A DNA stretch of 32,000 nucleotides from Anabaena subtropica FACHB-260 (GTDB taxonomy: Bacteria > Cyanobacteriota > Cyanobacteriia > Cyanobacteriales > Nostocaceae), in assembly GCF_014697105.1 (NCBI RefSeq), contig NZ_JACJRF010000001.1:286008-318007 (forward strand), given 5' to 3'. Below the pieces are notes generated by a model. That model saw only the letters and a list, made by a program, of their open reading frames with translations, did not search any database and had not been told where the DNA came from. Positions 27,640 to 32,000 of the stretch are shown one piece after another; position 1 is the stretch's first letter; the number at the start of each line of letters is the position of its first letter. Position numbers and translations under genes: made by a program.

Positions 27640-28147
27640 GATTATCTTAACCGTATTAAGTTTCAGTAAGGGTGTTAGTAAATATCTGAGCAGAAATTTA
27701 CTAGCCCCTTTTTTTTATGATCTGCCACCTTGTTATTCCATTATTAAAAAATTGTCAACACTGAGTGATACATTTTAGACTGAACTTAAGTTATAAATTA
27801 CAAATAGCACTGAATTTACAATCTCCAATAAACTATGCCTTGTCGTCAGTGAAAAGAAAAGTAAAACTTAAAATTCAGTTTATTTAACTGAGGGTTACTA
27901 AAATCTTTTGTATAAAATTTATCGAACAAACCTAGTACTGGTATTAGAAAAATATGTGTTGTATTAAATCTTACGATAAGGTCAAAATTTTTGTAAATTT
28001 TCAGCGCTTGTGTAATTATTGAGTGTTTAATATTACTAAAATCTAGCTAAAATTTCTCAAGTAATTTCTTAGGATTTACATAAATCTTGACCAATGTTTA
28101 GAGGTTAGTTAAAATTTCTGCATTAAATTATACTTTTAAATCATCAA

Positions 28148-29149
28148 ATGTCATTAGTAACATCAATAATTCAGAAGATAGCGCCCCAAATAGGTGCAGT
28201 TGTCGTCATAGATCCAGAATATGAATTAGTAGGACATATTACATTTAAAAATGGCAAAAAATCCCTTTTTAGTACTAACAAATTAAATATTAATGGTTTT
28301 GGTTCGGCAGAGATAGCAAAAGATAAAGGTTATTCTAAATTTTTTCTGAAACATTTTGGCTATAAAGTCACTGAAGGGCAAACATTTTTTAATCATAAAG
28401 TGTGTGCAAGAATAGGTAATGGGAAAAATATTGATGCTGGATTTGAGTATGCTAAAAATTTGGGCTTTCCTGTAATTATTAAACCCATCAATCTCAGCCA
28501 AGGAAAACTAGTTACAAAAATTCATAATAAAACAGAATATTATCAGGTAGCTAAAAAGATATTCCGAATTAATGCCGGACTAATTATTGAAAGATTCTAC
28601 GTTGGTAGAGACTACAGAATTGTTGTTATAGATGATGAAATAATAGCAGCATATCAAAGGCTACCCCTATCTGTAATAGGAGATGGGAAATCGAGCGTTG
28701 CTGAGTTAGTCCAAAATAAACAAGAAAGCTTCATTAGAAGTGTGAGAAAAAAACTTATAGATGTTGACGACTTTCGGATAAAACGCAAATTACAGAAACA
28801 AAATCTGAATTTTAACAGTATTATTCCCAACGGGAAAATAATTTATCTTTTAGATAATGCTAATTTATCGAGTGGTGGTGAGGCAGTAGATGTTACAGAT
28901 AGTATCCATCCTGACTTTCAAAAATTAGCTTTAAATGTCACAAAAGATATGGGTCTGAGATTAATGGGGTTAGATATTATTACTCAAGATATCACCAGGC
29001 CAATGGTAGATTATGTCATCATCGAAGTTAATGGTTCTCCTGGCTTGACTCACTATGCCTCAATTGGAGATGTTCAAACTAAGAGAGTAGAATATTTATA
29101 TCTTAAAGTTTTAAAAGCATTAGAAATAGGGTATAACAACGAAAATTAA
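28148..29149 (+). CDS. Stand-alone ATP-grasp ligase resembling the G domain of cyanophycin synthetase
   Basis: 333 aa with IAKDKGYSKFFL, FPVIIKPINLSQG, DYRIVVIDDEIIAAYQR, VIGDGKSSV, NANLSSGGEAVDVTDSIHPD, GLDII, and IIEVNGSPGL. There is no Mur-ligase-like domain. The gene is very AT-rich. Confidence 0.75.
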   Translation: MSLVTSIIQKIAPQIGAVVVIDPEYELVGHITFKNGKKSLFSTNKLNINGFGSAEIAKDKGYSKFFLKHFGYKVTEGQTFFNHKVCARIGNGKNIDAGFEYAKNLGFPVIIKPINLSQGKLVTKIHNKTEYYQVAKKIFRINAGLIIERFYVGRDYRIVVIDDEIIAAYQRLPLSVIGDGKSSVAELVQNKQESFIRSVRKKLIDVDDFRIKRKLQKQNLNFNSIIPNGKIIYLLDNANLSSGGEAVDVTDSIHPDFQKLALNVTKDMGLRLMGLDIITQDITRPMVDYVIIEVNGSPGLTHYASIGDVQTKRVEYLYLKVLKALEIGYNNEN

Positions 29150-29309
29150 AGAGACTTATATTTAGAAGATAAAATGATGTACTTCATCCAGATAAAAAGC
29201 TCTGTAGTAGTAGGGAATAGAAAATACATTGGACAGAATATAAAGTAAATCTCACTAAAAACTATGATGAGAAAAATAAAATTTTAATTATCAATGTATT
29301 AATTCAAAT

Positions 29310-30332
29310 ATGAAATTTTTAAGCCACACTCCTATCATTCACATATCCAAGCCAAGTGCTGATTTCTACTCTGTTTTTTCTCAAGCAGAAATTCTAGAAA
29401 TAGTTCAGACCTTAGAAGTTCAACGAGAAATACCTCTTAAGTATTCTTATAAAGGTAGAGGGGCAAAAATTTGGGATAATTTTTATCTAAAATATATTAT
29501 TCCCACATGGTATCGGAAATCAAATATAGAGATTGACTTGTTAGAAGCAAATTTTGAATATATTAATGGTAACTATCAGAAATGTGAAAAAATTAATATT
29601 ATAGATGTAGGTGCAGGTAACTCCTATCCGGTAAAATCATATATTGATAGACTGAATAAAATAAATAAAATTAACAAATATATTGCTTTAGATATTAGTG
29701 AAGATTTGCTTAAGGTATCTAGCAAAAATATAAAAAAATGGTTTCCCTTAATTGATTGTGCCAATTACAGAATTGATATAGAAAATACTTGTGTGCCAAA
29801 AAATATTTTAGAAAATCAACATAAAAAAATAGCTAATATATTCTTACATTTAGGTGTAACGATCGCCAATCATCAAAATAGAACTCAGGTATTCAAAAAC
29901 TTTCGAGACAGCATGAATGAAAATGATTTACTTGTCTTCACTAATGAGATTGGTTCTAGTTCTCAATGGGATGGGATAGCTAGGGGTGGTTGTAAGCATC
30001 ATGCAGACCAAGTATATAGATGGATTACAAATAATATTGGGATTAGAAGAGAAGACTGTGAACTTGTAAGAAAATATGATCTAGCAACAGATAGTATAGT
30101 TGCTAATATGAAATTTCGGCAGAATTACACAATAAATTTCAGTTATTTAGGAATAGATAAAAATATCGAAATATCGGCAGGTGAAGAAATTACTATTTGG
30201 AGACATCATAAGTTTGAAATAACCGCACTCATACAAGAAATTGAAGAAGCTGGATTAAAACTTGTCCACTATAGTACTAACAAGTATTCATCTCATCTCA
30301 TGATGATTTGTGAGATTGAAAATAATTCGTAA
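29310..30332 (+). CDS. Class-I SAM-dependent methyltransferase, distant EgtD/Methyltransf_33-like
   Basis: 340 aa with SAM motif I IIDVGAGNS and motif II YIALDIS. It is collinear with the EgtD layout (PLKYSY..G..IW, LGVTIAN, AGEEI....HKF, EEAGLKL C-terminus). The EgtD YYPTRTE block is not conserved. Confidence 0.6.
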   Translation: MKFLSHTPIIHISKPSADFYSVFSQAEILEIVQTLEVQREIPLKYSYKGRGAKIWDNFYLKYIIPTWYRKSNIEIDLLEANFEYINGNYQKCEKINIIDVGAGNSYPVKSYIDRLNKINKINKYIALDISEDLLKVSSKNIKKWFPLIDCANYRIDIENTCVPKNILENQHKKIANIFLHLGVTIANHQNRTQVFKNFRDSMNENDLLVFTNEIGSSSQWDGIARGGCKHHADQVYRWITNNIGIRREDCELVRKYDLATDSIVANMKFRQNYTINFSYLGIDKNIEISAGEEITIWRHHKFEITALIQEIEEAGLKLVHYSTNKYSSHLMMICEIENNS

Positions 30333-30364
30333 TTAGGGATTTCCAGATAAAAAAGTATCTAAAA

Positions 30365-30430
30365 TGTAGGGTGCGTCAGTGCAATAAAACCTAACTGTAC
30401 CAAGAAATTATTCATACTGACGCACCCTAC
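30365..30430 (+). repeat. 66-nt hairpin dispersed repeat, copy 2
   Basis: Perfect 15-bp terminal inverted repeat GTAGGGTGCGTCAGT / ACTGACGCACCCTAC around a ~34-nt loop. Confidence 0.8.
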
Positions 30431-30449
30431 TAACTTTCAAACAGCAAAT

Positions 30450-31121
30450 ATGAATCCTAGATTTATACAAATATCTGAATTAGAATTGCTCACACCAGTA
30501 AGTTTTAACCATGCTTTGATAGTGCTGGCAAATCTTGATAGTGATTTGGCGCGGGTTTTAGAGACCCTGGGAACTCCTCCCTTATGGAAAAGGGAAGCGG
30601 GGTTTCCTACACTAGTGCAGATAATTCTGGAACAACAAGTTTCCTTGGCTGCTGCAAAGGCTGTTTTTAATCGTTTATTGGAAATTGTTAAACCCCTAAC
30701 ACCAGAAAATTTTTTGCAATTCGATGATGAGCAATTCAGATTAATTGGTTTTAGTCGGCAAAAAAGTTTATATTGTCGAGGATTGGCAAATGCTATTGTC
30801 AGTAATCAACTTGATTTAACCAAATTGCCAACAATGGATGAAAATGCCATTAGAACTCAGTTAAAGCGAATTAAAGGCATTGGTGACTGGACGGTTGATA
30901 TTTATCTACTCATGGCGCTACAACACCGTGATGCCTTTCCTAAAGGCGATTTAGGGCTGTTAATTGCAGCACAGCAGGTTAAAGGTTTGGCAACACGTCC
31001 TACACCTGTACAATTAGAAGCGATCGCTCAAAATTGGCGACCGTGGAGAGCAGTAGCAGCCAGAATACTCTGGCACTACTATTTAAATAATCATGGTAAA
31101 GCCGTTACAGTTTACCAGTGA
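30450..31121 (+). CDS. DNA-3-methyladenine glycosylase II-like (HhH-GPD family)
   Basis: 223 aa with the helix-hairpin-helix [20 protein letters not shown], followed by FPKGDLGL carrying the catalytic Asp. Confidence 0.8.
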   Translation: MNPRFIQISELELLTPVSFNHALIVLANLDSDLARVLETLGTPPLWKREAGFPTLVQIILEQQVSLAAAKAVFNRLLEIVKPLTPENFLQFDDEQFRLIGFSRQKSLYCRGLANAIVSNQLDLTKLPTMDENAIRTQLKRIKGIGDWTVDIYLLMALQHRDAFPKGDLGLLIAAQQVKGLATRPTPVQLEAIAQNWRPWRAVAARILWHYYLNNHGKAVTVYQ

Positions 31122-31953
31122 ACACCCGATCAGCCGGGCCAGTCATGTAAATTCGTTGGTCTGTTTCTGACCATTCAATTTCTAAGCAGCCACCAGGTAA
31201 TTCTACAGTAGCCAGGCGATCGCTTCTGCCAGTCAACACAGCAGCCACCAACGCAGCACAAGCACCAGTACCGCAAGCTAGAGTAATCCCCGCGCCTCTT
31301 TCCCAGACACGCATTTTTAAATAATCACGACTCACAACTTGAATAAATTCGGTGTTCGTCCGTTGGGGAAACGCTGGGTGATGTTCAAATTTAGGGCCGA
31401 TGCTTGCTAAAGGAATCGCTGCTACATCTTCCACAAAAGTAATACAGTGGGGATTCCCCATGCTCACACAGGTAACATCCCAAGTTTGCCCCTCTACATC
31501 TAGAGGTTGGTTCACTACTTTAGCATCAACAGCAGCCAGATTTGTAGGAATTTCCCCAGCCAGTAACCGAGGTAAACCCATATCCACCTTGATTTGTCCA
31601 TCGGGGGTGAGTTGGGGCGTAATCACACCAGCCAAGGTATGAATGCGATAGGTATCTTTGCTGCGAGACATCCCTTCCAAGTCAGCCAGGAACGCAGCTA
31701 GACAGCGAATACCGTTACCACACATTTCCGGTTCTGAACCATCAGAATTAAAAATCCGCATCGTGTAATCAGTACCGTTTTCTCCAGGTAAAGCAAAAAT
31801 TACACCATCAGCCCCGATACCAAAGTGGCGATCGCACCACTGCACAGCTTGCTCTGGAGTGATTGCAGGCGTTTTAGCAGAGCGATTATCAATGAGAATA
31901 AAATCGTTGCCTAGACCGTGATACTTAGTAAATTCGATTGCCATTTTTCCCAT
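31105..31953 (-). CDS. dapF: Diaminopimelate epimerase
   Basis: 282 aa with [32 protein letters not shown], and a second catalytic-Cys block [16 protein letters not shown]. The start is either ATG 31953 or 31941. Confidence 0.9.
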   Translation of the reverse strand: MGKMAIEFTKYHGLGNDFILIDNRSAKTPAITPEQAVQWCDRHFGIGADGVIFALPGENGTDYTMRIFNSDGSEPEMCGNGIRCLAAFLADLEGMSRSKDTYRIHTLAGVITPQLTPDGQIKVDMGLPRLLAGEIPTNLAAVDAKVVNQPLDVEGQTWDVTCVSMGNPHCITFVEDVAAIPLASIGPKFEHHPAFPQRTNTEFIQVVSRDYLKMRVWERGAGITLACGTGACAALVAAVLTGRSDRLATVELPGGCLEIEWSETDQRIYMTGPADRVFTGKL

Positions 31954-32000
31954 GATGAATTATCAATGATTAGGTATTGGTGATTGAGAAGAAATTTTCC

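Noticed and set aside
27954-29248. Mini-ORFs that could be RiPP/graspetide precursors for the ATP-grasp enzyme: 27954-28022 (MCCIKSYDKVKIFVNFQRLCNY) and 29174-29248 (MMYFIQIKSSVVVGNRKYIGQNIK).
   Set aside because: There is no convincing SD, and no Thr/Ser-Asp/Glu core motifs of graspetides. The ligase resembles the CphA/Ddl type rather than the microviridin type. In DNA this AT-rich such short ORFs arise by chance.
28148-30332. Mycosporine-like amino acid (mys) cluster, since it also combines an ATP-grasp enzyme and a methyltransferase.
   Set aside because: No DDGS/EEVS cyclase gene is present. The methyltransferase looks EgtD-like, not like a catechol O-methyltransferase.
24371-30430. The whole 6-kb block between the two 66-nt repeats as a composite mobile element.
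   Set aside because: It contains housekeeping purB and a YihY gene of host-like composition with HIP1 sites, and no transposase or integrase. Only the right-hand 2.7 kb is compositionally foreign.

Overview
The window looks like a chromosomal segment of a filamentous, Nostoc/Anabaena-like cyanobacterium. The evidence is about 30 copies (counted by eye) of the HIP1 octamer GCGATCGC, STRR-like heptamer tracts and many small hairpin-type dispersed repeats. Most of it is ordinary mixed-strand housekeeping or conserved-hypothetical DNA: thiE-thiS, purB, dapF, a class-V aminotransferase, two GT4 glycosyltransferases, tRNA-Arg(TCT), a YihY-family protein, DUF1517 and DUF1499 proteins, an AlkA-like glycosylase, an ADP-ribosylglycohydrolase, a lone ABC permease, a Ser/Thr-kinase/FGE fusion and a beta-helix protein. 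I saw no rRNA, CRISPR array, transposase or integrase. Two loci deserve follow-up. (1) At 27.6-30.4 kb a markedly AT-rich, HIP1-free cassette encodes a stand-alone cyanophycin-synthetase-like ATP-grasp ligase next to a divergent EgtD-like SAM methyltransferase; this may be an orphan small-molecule pathway. (2) At 20.2-24.0 kb an HTH/NB-ARC/TPR STAND NTPase lies among four very small membrane or zinc-ribbon ORFs, and a CCTACT/AGTAGG inverted repeat sits upstream of each divergent gene. Other points are a near-perfect 69-bp in-frame tandem repeat, three long AT-rich ORF-poor gaps, several MITE-like hairpin repeats and some start-codon corrections. All functional calls come from motif recognition by eye, with no database search.
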